A stretch of DNA of 64,000 nt from Actinomycetes bacterium. Its GTDB lineage: Bacteria; Actinomycetota; Coriobacteriia; WRKU01; WQUG01. A model generated the notes under the pieces. That model was given only the letters and a program-made list of their open reading frames with translations. It was not told where the DNA came from and ran no database searches. This document shows positions 16,265 through 25,138 of the stretch, in pieces; position 1 is the first letter of the stretch; the number at the start of each line of letters is the position of its first letter. A program made the translations under genes and the position numbers. The stretch spans positions 2,052 to 66,051 of the forward strand of contig JAISUC010000012.1 in the NCBI GenBank assembly GCA_031272275.1, in the 5' to 3' direction.

Positions 16265-16914
16265 TTACCGCGTTACTTGCGGCCTGCGTTGCGGGGATGC
16301 TGCTGGTGTATCTGGAGCGCGCGCGTCCGCGACCCCGTCAGTTTATGCCGGTTGTGGTGTTGGCGGCGCTGGCGGTGGTGGGGAGAATGCTGTTTGTCGC
16401 GATTCCGAACTTTCAGCCGGCGACGGCGGTGATAATCATCTGTGGCGTGTATTTCGGCGCGTACAGCGGGGCATTATGCGGAGTATTGGTCGCGCTGGTC
16501 TCGAACCTGTTGCTGGGGCAGGGCTTGTGGACGCCCTGGCAGATGCTCGCGTGGGGCGGCGTCGGGCTGGGGGCGGGCTTGCTGTTTTGTCGCAGGTCTG
16601 ACCGGGCAGGCCGGTCAAGCGGCTCAACCGGCCGCACGCAGGGCAGCACGCAGGCGGTGTGGACGGTGTGCGTCTATGGTGTGGTCGCGTCGTTGGCGTA
16701 CGGCATGGTGATGGACACGCAGTACTTTTTCAGCTTCCTGTTGTCCGGGGGCTGGGCGGCGTACGGCACGGCGCTTGCGGCAGGAGCGCTATTCAACTTG
16801 GCGCACGCGGTATCCACCGCCGTTTTTCTGGCGCTGGCACTGAAACCCTGGGGACGTAAGATTCAGCGCCTGATCACCACGTACGACCTGTCCGGTCACT
16901 GTCGTCATCGGTGA
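16255..16914 (+). CDS. ECF transporter substrate-specific (S) component-like membrane protein
   Basis: 219-aa polytopic membrane protein overlapping the ecfA stop. Position and size fit an S component. Confidence 0.55.
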   Translation: MVLITALLAACVAGMLLVYLERARPRPRQFMPVVVLAALAVVGRMLFVAIPNFQPATAVIIICGVYFGAYSGALCGVLVALVSNLLLGQGLWTPWQMLAWGGVGLGAGLLFCRRSDRAGRSSGSTGRTQGSTQAVWTVCVYGVVASLAYGMVMDTQYFFSFLLSGGWAAYGTALAAGALFNLAHAVSTAVFLALALKPWGRKIQRLITTYDLSGHCRHR

Positions 16915-17338
16915 AAAAGGCGCGCCAGTAAACCAGGCTGGACAGCGCCAAGCCCACCGCGACGGTTACGTACAGCGCTCCCATAAAGTGCAGATAGACT
17001 GTGTTTTCCAGCGGTCCCAGATGCCGTAACAGCACGCCTGCGGTTATCATAGCCGCGACAATCACCCAGCTGCGCGGCGCGTACATATTCAGCAACCAGT
17101 CGCGGCCATGTTCACGCGCACGCGCCGCGTTGCGTCGTGCCACCGGGCGCATCATCCAGCGCGCTTTCGCCACACCCAGCACCAGACCTATGACGACCAC
17201 CCACCAGGGCCAGCCGACGCGCCCGATGAACAACACCCCGAACCGGCCGACGAAAAAGGCGCCGATACACCAGACGACCGCCGCCACCAACATTTGGCCG
17301 CGATAGGATACCTGGGGGAACAGTCGCTTGGTATTCAT
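16874..17338 (-). CDS. Hypothetical small membrane protein
   Basis: 154 aa with four hydrophobic segments. No family recognised. Confidence 0.45.
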   Translation of the reverse strand: MNTKRLFPQVSYRGQMLVAAVVWCIGAFFVGRFGVLFIGRVGWPWWVVVIGLVLGVAKARWMMRPVARRNAARAREHGRDWLLNMYAPRSWVIVAAMITAGVLLRHLGPLENTVYLHFMGALYVTVAVGLALSSLVYWRAFFTDDDSDRTGRTW

Positions 17339-17407
17339 ATCAACGATGGTAGCACTTTGCGTGATTGGTCGGGGGTGGTGTCGGGTATCCGGGATGCAGG
17401 ACGGTGC

Positions 17408-17422
17408 GGGACGTACTCCCCC
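17408..17422 (+). repeat. Family 1 15-mer GGGACGTACTCCCCC(TGTGTATCCTGTGCATGG)
   Basis: Sits in a divergent intergenic region, flanked by a partial inverted ATGCAGGA/TCCTGTGCAT pair. Confidence 0.7.
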
Positions 17423-17589
17423 TGTGTATCCTGTGCATGGGGGTTACCGTGGGCGAAAACACAACTGCGGGTTCAAGCATGGTTACGACTTGTTTCAGTA
17501 AGGTGCAGTTTCCGGGCAGTCAAAGCCGAAAATAAATTGTATAGTGTAAGGTAGCGTAATTGGCATGGCCAAATCGAGAGGAGTATGTC

Positions 17590-17988
17590 ATGAAGTATCG
17601 CTTTGTGAACGAGCACGGCACCTACCTGCGCGGGGATGGCACCGGTACGCGGAGCCTGACTGCGGCATATGAAGTGAGCAAGTACGAAGACGCGCTGAAA
17701 ATCGCGAATAATTTTCCGGATTTTTGCATTGAGGAGGTCGGGGACGAGATTCGCGTGTTCAAGCCGTATTTGTTGGACGAGCTGCTGGAGCACTTCGCCG
17801 GCATCAAGGACATCGAGGGCGACGACGAGAAAAAGCTGGCGGCGCTGGAGTACATGGCGCGCTATATCAACGACCAGAAGCTGTTCAAGCAGGTCTCGAA
17901 GCTGTTCGGGATTGACTTTTCCAAGGAAATGGTGGATATAACCGAGGACACCAGCCAGGAAGTTTTCTTGCGCGAAGAGCACCTGTAA
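17590..17988 (+). CDS. Hypothetical cytoplasmic protein (132 aa)
   Basis: GAGAGGAG RBS 7 nt before the ATG. Acidic protein with no recognised family. A terminator follows. Confidence 0.5.
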   Translation: MKYRFVNEHGTYLRGDGTGTRSLTAAYEVSKYEDALKIANNFPDFCIEEVGDEIRVFKPYLLDELLEHFAGIKDIEGDDEKKLAALEYMARYINDQKLFKQVSKLFGIDFSKEMVDITEDTSQEVFLREEHL

Positions 17989-18055
17989 GCGCGCGCATAC
18001 GGGATTCGGTTCCGGATTCGGTTCAAGACCCGGTTCAATAACCGGTTTGAACGAA

Positions 18056-18100
18056 GGCCCCGCAGATAACGCGGGGCTTTCTTTTTGCTTTCTTTTTTAT
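18056..18100 (+). terminator. Rho-independent terminator (GCCCCGC-agataac-GCGGGGC plus T-tract)
   Basis: Read directly. Preceded by GATTCGGTTCC direct repeats and a GGTTCAA/TTGAACC IR at 18001-18050. Confidence 0.65.
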
Positions 18101-18136
18101 GTACAGAGGGTAACGACAGCGCTGCGTGCACAGCGC

Positions 18137-18164
18137 GGATAAGGCACATGTGCGATACTTATCC
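18137..18164. promoter_or_regulatory. Nested palindrome GGATAAG-g-CACATGTG-cgata-CTTATCC directly upstream of the macA-like RBS; candidate operator
   Basis: Read directly. Ends about 30 bp before the start codon. Confidence 0.35.
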
Positions 18165-18195
18165 AATCGGGAGGAGTCACTAGAAAGGGAGTGGC

Positions 18196-19629
18196 ATGGC
18201 TACCAAATCGAAGAAAAAACTGATAATCGCATTGATTGTTATCGCGGTGCTGATAGTTGCCGCGGTGATTGCGGTGTTTGCGTTTCGCGGTGCGGGCACA
18301 ACCGTTGAAGCAACCGAGGTGAAAAACGGCAGCTTGGCAGTGACGGTGTTGGCATCCGGCAGCATAACGTCAGGAGAAAACACCGACGTCTACCCCGAAA
18401 CGACCGGCATCGTCAAACACGTCGCGGTTGAAGAGGGCGATGTCGTGCACGAGGGTGATGTGCTGCTGACGCTGGACGATGACGCCACGCATGCGCAGCT
18501 GGCACAGGCGAAAAGTGGTCTGGCACAAGCGAAAAGCGGTCTGGCACAGGCAGAAGCCGCCGGTGCCACGGCGGCAGCGGGAACCAGTGCGGCAAACGCC
18601 GCGCTGAAAGCGGCCAAGAGCGGACTAACCGCTGCAAAGGACGCATACAGCAGCGCCAAGCGCATCAAGAAACTGGCGCAAGACGTGTTGGATGGTGCAC
18701 AAAGCGCGGTCGCATTCTATGAGGCCAACGGGGGAGCGGCGGCAAAGGCCGACCCGACCGGATACGCAAGCGCCAAGTCCTCCGTGCTGTCCGCCGAGGT
18801 TTCGCTGGAACAGGCGAAATCGGGCGTGGCGAGCGCCAAGGCGGGCGTGGCGAGCGCCGAATCCGGCGTCGCGCAAGCGAAATCGGCCGTCAAACAGGCA
18901 AAGTCGGCAAAACCGTCCAGCGCCATCAGTGCCGCGAAGTCCGGTGTCAAGGCCGCCGAAGAAGGCGTTGCGGTAGCGCAAACCGCCGTGGACGCAACCA
19001 CGATTACCGCGCCCGCCGACGGGACGGTCATTTTCGCGCCGACGGCAGCGGCCGCAGCCGCGGCAGCCGCCGGGGGCACCACGACGGTCGGGGCCGAACT
19101 CCAAAAGGGCTCTGCCGTAACACCCGGCAGTCCGGTATTCACCATTGTGAATGAGGACAAGCTGGCGTTCACCGTCGAGGTGGACGAGGCAGACATTCCG
19201 CGTATCAAGGTCGACCAACAGGTGAAAATCAGCCTGGACAGTTTCAGCGGCAAGGAATATGCCGCAACGGTTGCCAAGGTCGGCTCGGTTGCGAAAACCA
19301 CACTGACCGGCGGCACGGTGTTTAACGTCGAGATGTCATTTGACGAACCCGACGAGCAGATGAAAATCGGCATGAAGGGTGACGCCACCATAGAGGTCGA
19401 GACCTTGGAAAACGTGTTGACGGTGCCGATCGAGGCGCTGTTCAGCGAGGGCGGCAAGGACTATCTGTATGTGATCAACGCCGATGGCAAGCTGCAGAAA
19501 GCAGACATCGAGGTCGGGTCCATGACCGATACGGCGCTCCAGATTGTGAACGGTGTCCAGGCGGGCGAAAAGGTCGCGCTGGCGGGGTCGACCCAGCTGT
19601 CCGCCGGCATGAAAGTCAACACCAAGTGA
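18196..19629 (+). CDS. macA: HlyD/MacA-family periplasmic adaptor subunit of a tripartite efflux system
   Basis: N-terminal TM anchor, Ala-rich coiled coil with tandem LAQAKSG repeats, beta-barrel/lipoyl-like C-terminal domain. Confidence 0.8.
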   Translation: MATKSKKKLIIALIVIAVLIVAAVIAVFAFRGAGTTVEATEVKNGSLAVTVLASGSITSGENTDVYPETTGIVKHVAVEEGDVVHEGDVLLTLDDDATHAQLAQAKSGLAQAKSGLAQAEAAGATAAAGTSAANAALKAAKSGLTAAKDAYSSAKRIKKLAQDVLDGAQSAVAFYEANGGAAAKADPTGYASAKSSVLSAEVSLEQAKSGVASAKAGVASAESGVAQAKSAVKQAKSAKPSSAISAAKSGVKAAEEGVAVAQTAVDATTITAPADGTVIFAPTAAAAAAAAAGGTTTVGAELQKGSAVTPGSPVFTIVNEDKLAFTVEVDEADIPRIKVDQQVKISLDSFSGKEYAATVAKVGSVAKTTLTGGTVFNVEMSFDEPDEQMKIGMKGDATIEVETLENVLTVPIEALFSEGGKDYLYVINADGKLQKADIEVGSMTDTALQIVNGVQAGEKVALAGSTQLSAGMKVNTK

Positions 19630-20450
19630 CCGTGGCCCCGCGGACAGAGCGGATAGAGGACGCGTCCCGGGACAGCGCGCAGCCGGTATCCGGCGGCAGC
19701 GGCGACGGTGGCGGTCAGCGCGCGGTTCTGGAGGTCCGCAGCGTCAGCAAGGTGTATCAGATCTCCGAAGACGTCCAGGTACATGCCTTGCGCGAGGTGT
19801 CGCTTGCGGTACATGCGGGCGACATGCTGGCCATCGTGGGCCCGTCGGGCAGCGGTAAATCGACCTTGATGCATGCCATCGGACTGTTGGATAAACCGTC
19901 CTCCGGGCAGGTGCTGGTAAACGGCACCGATGTGACCGACATGAGCGGAAACGAGCTGGCGCGCGTGCGCAACCGCGAAATCGGGTTCGTCTTTCAGTCG
20001 TTCAACCTGTTACCGCGCACCACCGCGCTGGATAACGTCGCGCTGCCGCTGATCTATGCAGGCGTCGGCGCGGGCGAGCGCACCCGGCGCGCCCGTGCCG
20101 CATTGGAACGGGTCGGCTTGGGTCAACGCATGGACCACGCGCCCAGCCAGCTGTCGGGCGGACAGCAACAACGCGTCGCCATCGCGCGTGCGCTGGTGAC
20201 CGAACCCAGCATCGTGCTGGCGGATGAACCCACAGGAAACCTGGACAGCAAAAGCGGCATCGAGGTCATGGCTTTTTTGCAGGAACTGAACAGCCAGGGG
20301 ATCACCATCGTGTTGGTCACCCACGACGCGAAAGTCGCCGCGCACGCCGAACGCGTGGTGACGCTGGTCGACGGGACGGTGACATCCGACAAACAGTTGG
20401 ATGTATCCGACCGCGTCAGCGCCCAGCGCGAGCTGGAGGAACTGGTATGA
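19626..20450 (+). CDS. macB: MacB/LolD-type ABC ATP-binding protein
   Basis: GPSGSGKST Walker A, LSGGQQQRVAIARAL signature, ILADEPTGNLD Walker B. GTG start overlaps the macA stop. Confidence 0.85.
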   Translation: MTVAPRTERIEDASRDSAQPVSGGSGDGGGQRAVLEVRSVSKVYQISEDVQVHALREVSLAVHAGDMLAIVGPSGSGKSTLMHAIGLLDKPSSGQVLVNGTDVTDMSGNELARVRNREIGFVFQSFNLLPRTTALDNVALPLIYAGVGAGERTRRARAALERVGLGQRMDHAPSQLSGGQQQRVAIARALVTEPSIVLADEPTGNLDSKSGIEVMAFLQELNSQGITIVLVTHDAKVAAHAERVVTLVDGTVTSDKQLDVSDRVSAQRELEELV

Positions 20451-21652
20451 ACCTGATCGAATCGTTCAAGATTTCGATCAAGGCGCTGGCCGCCAACAAA
20501 GCGCGCGCGGCCCTGACCATGCTGGGGGTTATTATCGGCGTGTCCAGCGTCATACTGTTGATCAGTATCGGCAGCGGTGTCACCAAAGAGGTCACCGGGC
20601 AGCTGGAGGGCCTGGGCAGCAATTTGATCTATGTCATGCCCGGCAACTACGAGGAGATGATGAGCGGAAACGCTGCGGCGTATTCGGGCGCGATGCTGGG
20701 CCGACAGTTCACGGTCGAGGACGTCAATGCGGTCGAGACGCAAATCAGCGACAAAGCCTATGTGACGCCCTATATCGAAAACAGCGCGCGGGTGGTGCGC
20801 GGGACTAACAACACGGTGTCGACGGTGCTTGCCTGCGGGGGTAACGTCGGTGACGTCATGGACCTGAAGTTCAGCGAGGGACGCGGCTACACGCGCAGCG
20901 AAGTCATGGGCTCAGCGCGCGTGGTGGTGATCGGGACCGAGGTCAAAAAGACGCTGTTTTCCGGTATCGACCCGATCGGCGAGGAAGTCAAAATCAACAA
21001 TCAGCGTTTTCGCGTCATCGGGGTCGACATCGAACACGGCGGCGGCATGATGAGCGGCGGACAGGACAACGCCGTGTCGATGCCTTATACCACCGCACAG
21101 AATCTGTTCAACAGCTCGAATATCAACGCCATTATGGTCAAGGCCAAAAACCCCGACGACATGAGCTACATCGAAATGCGGGTCCGCCAGATTCTGCGAC
21201 CCGATTACGGCACCGACTTCAGCGTCTTCAGTCAGGATCAGCTGCTGGGTATTATGGGCACGATGATGAGTGTCCTGACCTATATGTTGGCGGGTATCGC
21301 GTCGATTTCGCTGTTGGTGGGTGGCATCGGCATTATGAATATCATGCTGGTATCGGTCAGCGAACGCACCCGCGAAATCGGCATCCGCAAAGCCATCGGC
21401 GCGCGGACTTGGGACATTTTGGCACAGTTTGTGATTGAATCGATCCTGCTGTCCGTGTTGGGCGGCGCGGTGGGTATCGCGCTGGGGGCGTTAGGTGCGC
21501 TGGCGATATCACGCGTCCTGACCACCAGCGTCACCGCTTGGTCGGTTACCCTGGCATTCGGATTCAGTGTCGCGGTCGGTGTGTTCTTTGGGGTCTACCC
21601 TGCGTGGAAGGCATCGAAGCTGGATCCCATCGAGGCGCTGCGCTACGAATAG
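20447..21652 (+). CDS. FtsX-like ABC permease (MacB permease domain)
   Basis: N-terminal TM helix, large periplasmic domain, three C-terminal TM helices (FtsX topology). ATGA overlap with the preceding gene. Confidence 0.8.
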   Translation: MNLIESFKISIKALAANKARAALTMLGVIIGVSSVILLISIGSGVTKEVTGQLEGLGSNLIYVMPGNYEEMMSGNAAAYSGAMLGRQFTVEDVNAVETQISDKAYVTPYIENSARVVRGTNNTVSTVLACGGNVGDVMDLKFSEGRGYTRSEVMGSARVVVIGTEVKKTLFSGIDPIGEEVKINNQRFRVIGVDIEHGGGMMSGGQDNAVSMPYTTAQNLFNSSNINAIMVKAKNPDDMSYIEMRVRQILRPDYGTDFSVFSQDQLLGIMGTMMSVLTYMLAGIASISLLVGGIGIMNIMLVSVSERTREIGIRKAIGARTWDILAQFVIESILLSVLGGAVGIALGALGALAISRVLTTSVTAWSVTLAFGFSVAVGVFFGVYPAWKASKLDPIEALRYE

Positions 21653-21738
21653 TTGAGGCGTTGGGCGGCGCTGGGAGGCGCTGTGGCGGCGCGATAGCCG
21701 TCCGGCGACGCGCAGCATCCCGCGACGCGCCTCAGCCC

Positions 21739-22323
21739 TCAGTCCTCAGCCCGCGTCCCACAGCTGCGTGTCAATCCCGCCAGAAAACTCAGCGAACCCA
21801 GATAGCGCGTCCCCACCTCTGCGGTCACAATCGTGTGTTTCGGAATCGCGATGACCTCGCCGCGCTCCCCGCAGTCGTCGTACTCGCGCACCAGCAGGTT
21901 GCTTTTCGTGACGCGCTCGATAATCCCGGTGATGAAATCATCGGTCGCACTCTCTTCGCCGTCCAGCAGCACCAAACACCCCGCCTTGCAGGCATGCGCA
22001 TACAGGCTCTCGAACAGGTTCGGCCCCATCAGCAAAGGCGGCCGCTCATCGCGCCCCCCGCGATACTCGATCAGCCGCTCCAAGCACTCGTTTTGCACGC
22101 CCCCGCGCACAATCCCGGTGATTTCATCCAGCGTCACAACCAGCCAACCGTCAAAAAACCCGTCCGGGTCATAGCTCTCGCAATACGCGACCTCATTGCA
22201 CACCGCCAGCACCCGCCCCGACCAGAACTTATCCGGCTGGCTGCGATCCAGACGCATCGTCACGACCTCGAACTGGTTGACCGCGTCCTCCAAATGCTCC
22301 AATAATGTCGGCTCATCTTCCAT
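21739..22323 (-). CDS. Hypothetical cytoplasmic protein (194 aa from MEDEPTLLEHL)
   Basis: The upstream extension to 22431 overlaps the family 1 repeat and looks spurious. No family recognised. Confidence 0.45.
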   Translation of the reverse strand: MEDEPTLLEHLEDAVNQFEVVTMRLDRSQPDKFWSGRVLAVCNEVAYCESYDPDGFFDGWLVVTLDEITGIVRGGVQNECLERLIEYRGGRDERPPLLMGPNLFESLYAHACKAGCLVLLDGEESATDDFITGIIERVTKSNLLVREYDDCGERGEVIAIPKHTIVTAEVGTRYLGSLSFLAGLTRSCGTRAED

Positions 22324-22402
22324 GAGGCTATTGTAACGCGCAGACGTCGGCCATGCGACGCCAATCACAAAATCCCGAAACAGTCCGTACATATAACTAT
22401 GT

Positions 22403-22417
22403 GGGGGAGTACGTCCC
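22403..22417 (-). repeat. Family 1 15-mer in reverse orientation (GGGGGAGTACGTCCC)
   Basis: About 135 bp upstream of tRNA-Asp. Confidence 0.7.
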
Positions 22418-22552
22418 GCGCCCGACTCCAATCAGTTCGGCCCGGCTGCACACCGAAAAGTTTTCGGGAATTTCCGTCCTAACCCTTGCTGGACGCCGCC
22501 AAATGCGGTAAGGTTGTACGTCGCTGTTGTTTAGCGGCGTTCCGCGAAATGC

Positions 22553-22629
22553 GGGGGTATAGCTCAGCTGGTTAGAGCGCTGGCCTGTCAAGCCAGAGGC
22601 CGCGGGTTCAAGTCCCGTTACTCCCGCCA
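22553..22629 (+). tRNA. tRNA-Asp (anticodon GTC), 77 nt with encoded CCA
   Basis: Anticodon loop CTGTCAA. T-arm GCGGGTTCAAGTCCCGT. Acceptor GGGGGTA/TACTCCC. Closely parallels E. coli tRNA-Asp. Confidence 0.9.
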
Positions 22630-22757
22630 CACATTTTCGCAGCTCACAGGCTTATTTAGGTTCTATTCTTCTTTCCGTAGTCGTCTACGTGGTTTTGCTG
22701 TGGTTTTGTTCTGCGCGACTCCGCTGACCGACAACGAAGTGCGCCGATGAGAGCAGG

Positions 22758-24077
22758 CTACGGTGCTATGACGTCCTGTCCGCGCAAGTACGGCCGCAAC
22801 ACCTCCGGCACCGTCACGCTGCCGTCCGCATTCTGGTAGTTCTCGATGATCGCGGCAAAACAGCGTCCCACGGCCAGCCCGCTTCCGTTCAGCGTGTGCA
22901 CAAAGCGCGCGCCCTTGAACGCCGCCGGATCGCGATATTTGATATTCGCGCGCCTGGCCTGGAAATCCCAACAGTTCGAACACGAACTGATTTCTTTGTA
23001 CGCGCCGTAACTGGGCAACCACACCTCCAAATCAAAGGTCTTCGCCGCCCCGAATCCCAAATCCCCCGTGCAGAGCTCCAGGCGCCGGTACGCCAGCCCC
23101 AACTCTTCCAGTACACGCTCTGCCTGACGCGTCATCGATTCCAGCTCGTCCATGCTGGTCTCGGGCGTGGCGAACTTCACCATCTCGACTTTGTCAAATT
23201 GGTGCACGCGAATCATCCCGCGCGTGTCGCGCCCGGCACTGCCCGCCTCTTCACGGAAACACGCCGTATAGGCGGTATACCACAGGGGCAGCTGATCTGC
23301 GTTCAGCACCTCGTCGCGGTGCAGGTTCGTCATTGTGACCTCCGCGGTGGGAGTCAGGTACAGGCGACGCGCGGTGACTCCGCCCTCTTGCTCGTTGGCA
23401 TCCCCGGTGGTCTGGGTCTTGTACAGGTCATCCTCGAACTTCGGCAGCTGCCCGGTCCCGTACAGGGTCTCGCCATTAGCCAGCGTGGGCAGCCACCACT
23501 CTTTGAATCCGGCGGACGCATGCAGCTCCAGCATATAGTTGATCAGCGCGCGTTCCAGCCGTGCCCCCATGCCACCCAGTACGTAAAATCGGCTTTCCGC
23601 CAGTTTCACCGCGCGCTCGAAATCAATGATGCCCAGCGCAGGTCCCAAATCCCAGTGCGCCGCCGGCTCGAAATCAAAAGACGGCGGCGTACCCCACCGC
23701 TTGACCTCGACGTTATCGTCCTCGCCGGCCCCCACCGGCACCGACGCATCCGGCAGGTTCGGTGCGGTCGCCAACAGCGCCTGCGCCTGTCGGTCCAGCT
23801 CTCCGGTGCGTCCGTCCAGATCGGCGATGCGCGCTTTCAGGCCGGCGACATCGGCCTTCGCAGCCTCCGCCTCGGTTTGGCGCCCCTCGCGCAAAAAGCC
23901 GCCGATGGCCTTGCTCGCCGCATTCCGTTCGGCCTGCAGTGTTTCCAGCTGTGCGATCAGAGCGCGGCGCTCTTCGTCGACCGACAACCACTCGTCCACA
24001 CTCCAGCTGCTGTTACGGGTGCTCATCGCCGCACGCACGGCATCGGGGTTTTCGCGTATCAGTTTTGCGTCCAGCAT
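22758..24077 (-). CDS. serS: Seryl-tRNA synthetase
   Basis: N-terminal coiled coil MLDAKLIRENPD... Class II motifs are present (FREE..., GSGLAVGR). Confidence 0.95.
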   Translation of the reverse strand: MLDAKLIRENPDAVRAAMSTRNSSWSVDEWLSVDEERRALIAQLETLQAERNAASKAIGGFLREGRQTEAEAAKADVAGLKARIADLDGRTGELDRQAQALLATAPNLPDASVPVGAGEDDNVEVKRWGTPPSFDFEPAAHWDLGPALGIIDFERAVKLAESRFYVLGGMGARLERALINYMLELHASAGFKEWWLPTLANGETLYGTGQLPKFEDDLYKTQTTGDANEQEGGVTARRLYLTPTAEVTMTNLHRDEVLNADQLPLWYTAYTACFREEAGSAGRDTRGMIRVHQFDKVEMVKFATPETSMDELESMTRQAERVLEELGLAYRRLELCTGDLGFGAAKTFDLEVWLPSYGAYKEISSCSNCWDFQARRANIKYRDPAAFKGARFVHTLNGSGLAVGRCFAAIIENYQNADGSVTVPEVLRPYLRGQDVIAP

Positions 24078-24080
24078 CAG

Positions 24081-24908
24081 TTAAACCTTTCCGTTATAAC
24101 CTACGTCGGCCAATAGCCGCTCGGCGTTCCCGTGGAAAATGGCCTCGAGATCCGACTCCTCCAAATCCGAATGGATAAAAAAATCGAAATCTTCTTCGGG
24201 GTGCGTCCAGGGGCTGTCCGTACCGAACAAAATTCGCCGCGTCCCGTGCCCGTGAATGATGCGCAACAGCTGCTCGCGCGGCATCTCGGTCACCGTATAG
24301 GCGGTGTCCAGATACACATAGCCGGGCAGGCCGTGACCGACAATCAGCTCCTCGACCTGGTCCCACATCCGGTACCCGCCCAGATGCGCCAACACCAGGC
24401 GCATGCGCGGGTATTCGTCTATGACCGCCGCGAACTCCTCCGGCGAGCCATAGCGTGTGCGCGGACCCACGTCGTCACCGGCATGAAAATAGCCGATCAG
24501 GTCGAAATCGACCGCCGCGTCATAAATCGCGGTCATACGCGGATCGGTCGGCCGACAATCCTGATAATCGGGATGCATCTTGAATCCCGGCAGCCCCCGC
24601 TCGCGAAACGTCGCCAGCACCGCGCGCACGTCGTCACAATCGGGATGAATCGCCCCAAAGGGCACAAAGCGCTCGCGCGGCTGCGTGGCGGCATAGTCGT
24701 TGATGCTCGCGACCTGGCTGGCCTTGGTTGCCACCGGCACGGTCCAGCCGGACTCGATTCCCAGCCGGTCCATACGCTCCAGCGCGGCCTGCAACGTCCC
24801 GCCGATTTTGTTCACGCGTTCCGGCACCGACAGCGCCTGAATCGCCGCGCCCTCGACCTTGTCCGGGAACACATGCACGTGCGTGTCAATCACCTTGTAG
24901 CCGTTCAT
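24081..24908 (-). CDS. Amidohydrolase-2 (TIM-barrel metal-dependent hydrolase) family protein, co-oriented with serS
   Basis: KVIDTHVHVFPDKV... HxH motif. GAGAGGTGA RBS before MNGYK. The longer ORF start (25043) is unlikely. Confidence 0.7.
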   Translation of the reverse strand: MNGYKVIDTHVHVFPDKVEGAAIQALSVPERVNKIGGTLQAALERMDRLGIESGWTVPVATKASQVASINDYAATQPRERFVPFGAIHPDCDDVRAVLATFRERGLPGFKMHPDYQDCRPTDPRMTAIYDAAVDFDLIGYFHAGDDVGPRTRYGSPEEFAAVIDEYPRMRLVLAHLGGYRMWDQVEELIVGHGLPGYVYLDTAYTVTEMPREQLLRIIHGHGTRRILFGTDSPWTHPEEDFDFFIHSDLEESDLEAIFHGNAERLLADVGYNGKV

Positions 24909-25117
24909 CGTCACCTCTCGTTTGCCTGCGTTGTGGGTGGTCTGTGCCGCGGTCGCTGTCAGTCGCATCCGCGAACCGCATCCGCGAATCATGTCCGCGA
25001 ACCGCATCCGCATAACCGCTGCATTTACGATACCAAAAAACACTCACTGTGTGTGGCAGGTGCTAGTATGGAACCGGTAGTTATACCGGACCGACATATG
25101 TCAGGAACTGAAAACAC

Positions 25118-25132
25118 GGGGGAGTACGTCCC
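25118..25132 (-). repeat. Family 1 15-mer in reverse orientation, 6 bp upstream of the ClC start codon
   Basis: The reverse complement reads GGGACGTACTCCCCCGTGTTTTC, identical in extended form to the copy at 7433. Confidence 0.7.
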
Positions 25133-25138
25133 AAACCT

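Noticed and set aside
18480-18560. Tandem 24-bp repeats (GCACAGGCGAAAAGTGGTCTG-like) that could mimic a CRISPR or VNTR array
   Set aside because: They are in frame inside the macA coiled coil and encode LAQAKSG heptads. There is no spacer/repeat architecture. No CRISPR array was found anywhere in the window.
22397-22630. 77-aa ORF overlapping tRNA-Asp
   Set aside because: It overlaps a canonical tRNA and is spurious.
22896-24116. 406-aa ORF antisense to serS and the amidohydrolase gene
   Set aside because: serS is unambiguous on the minus strand.
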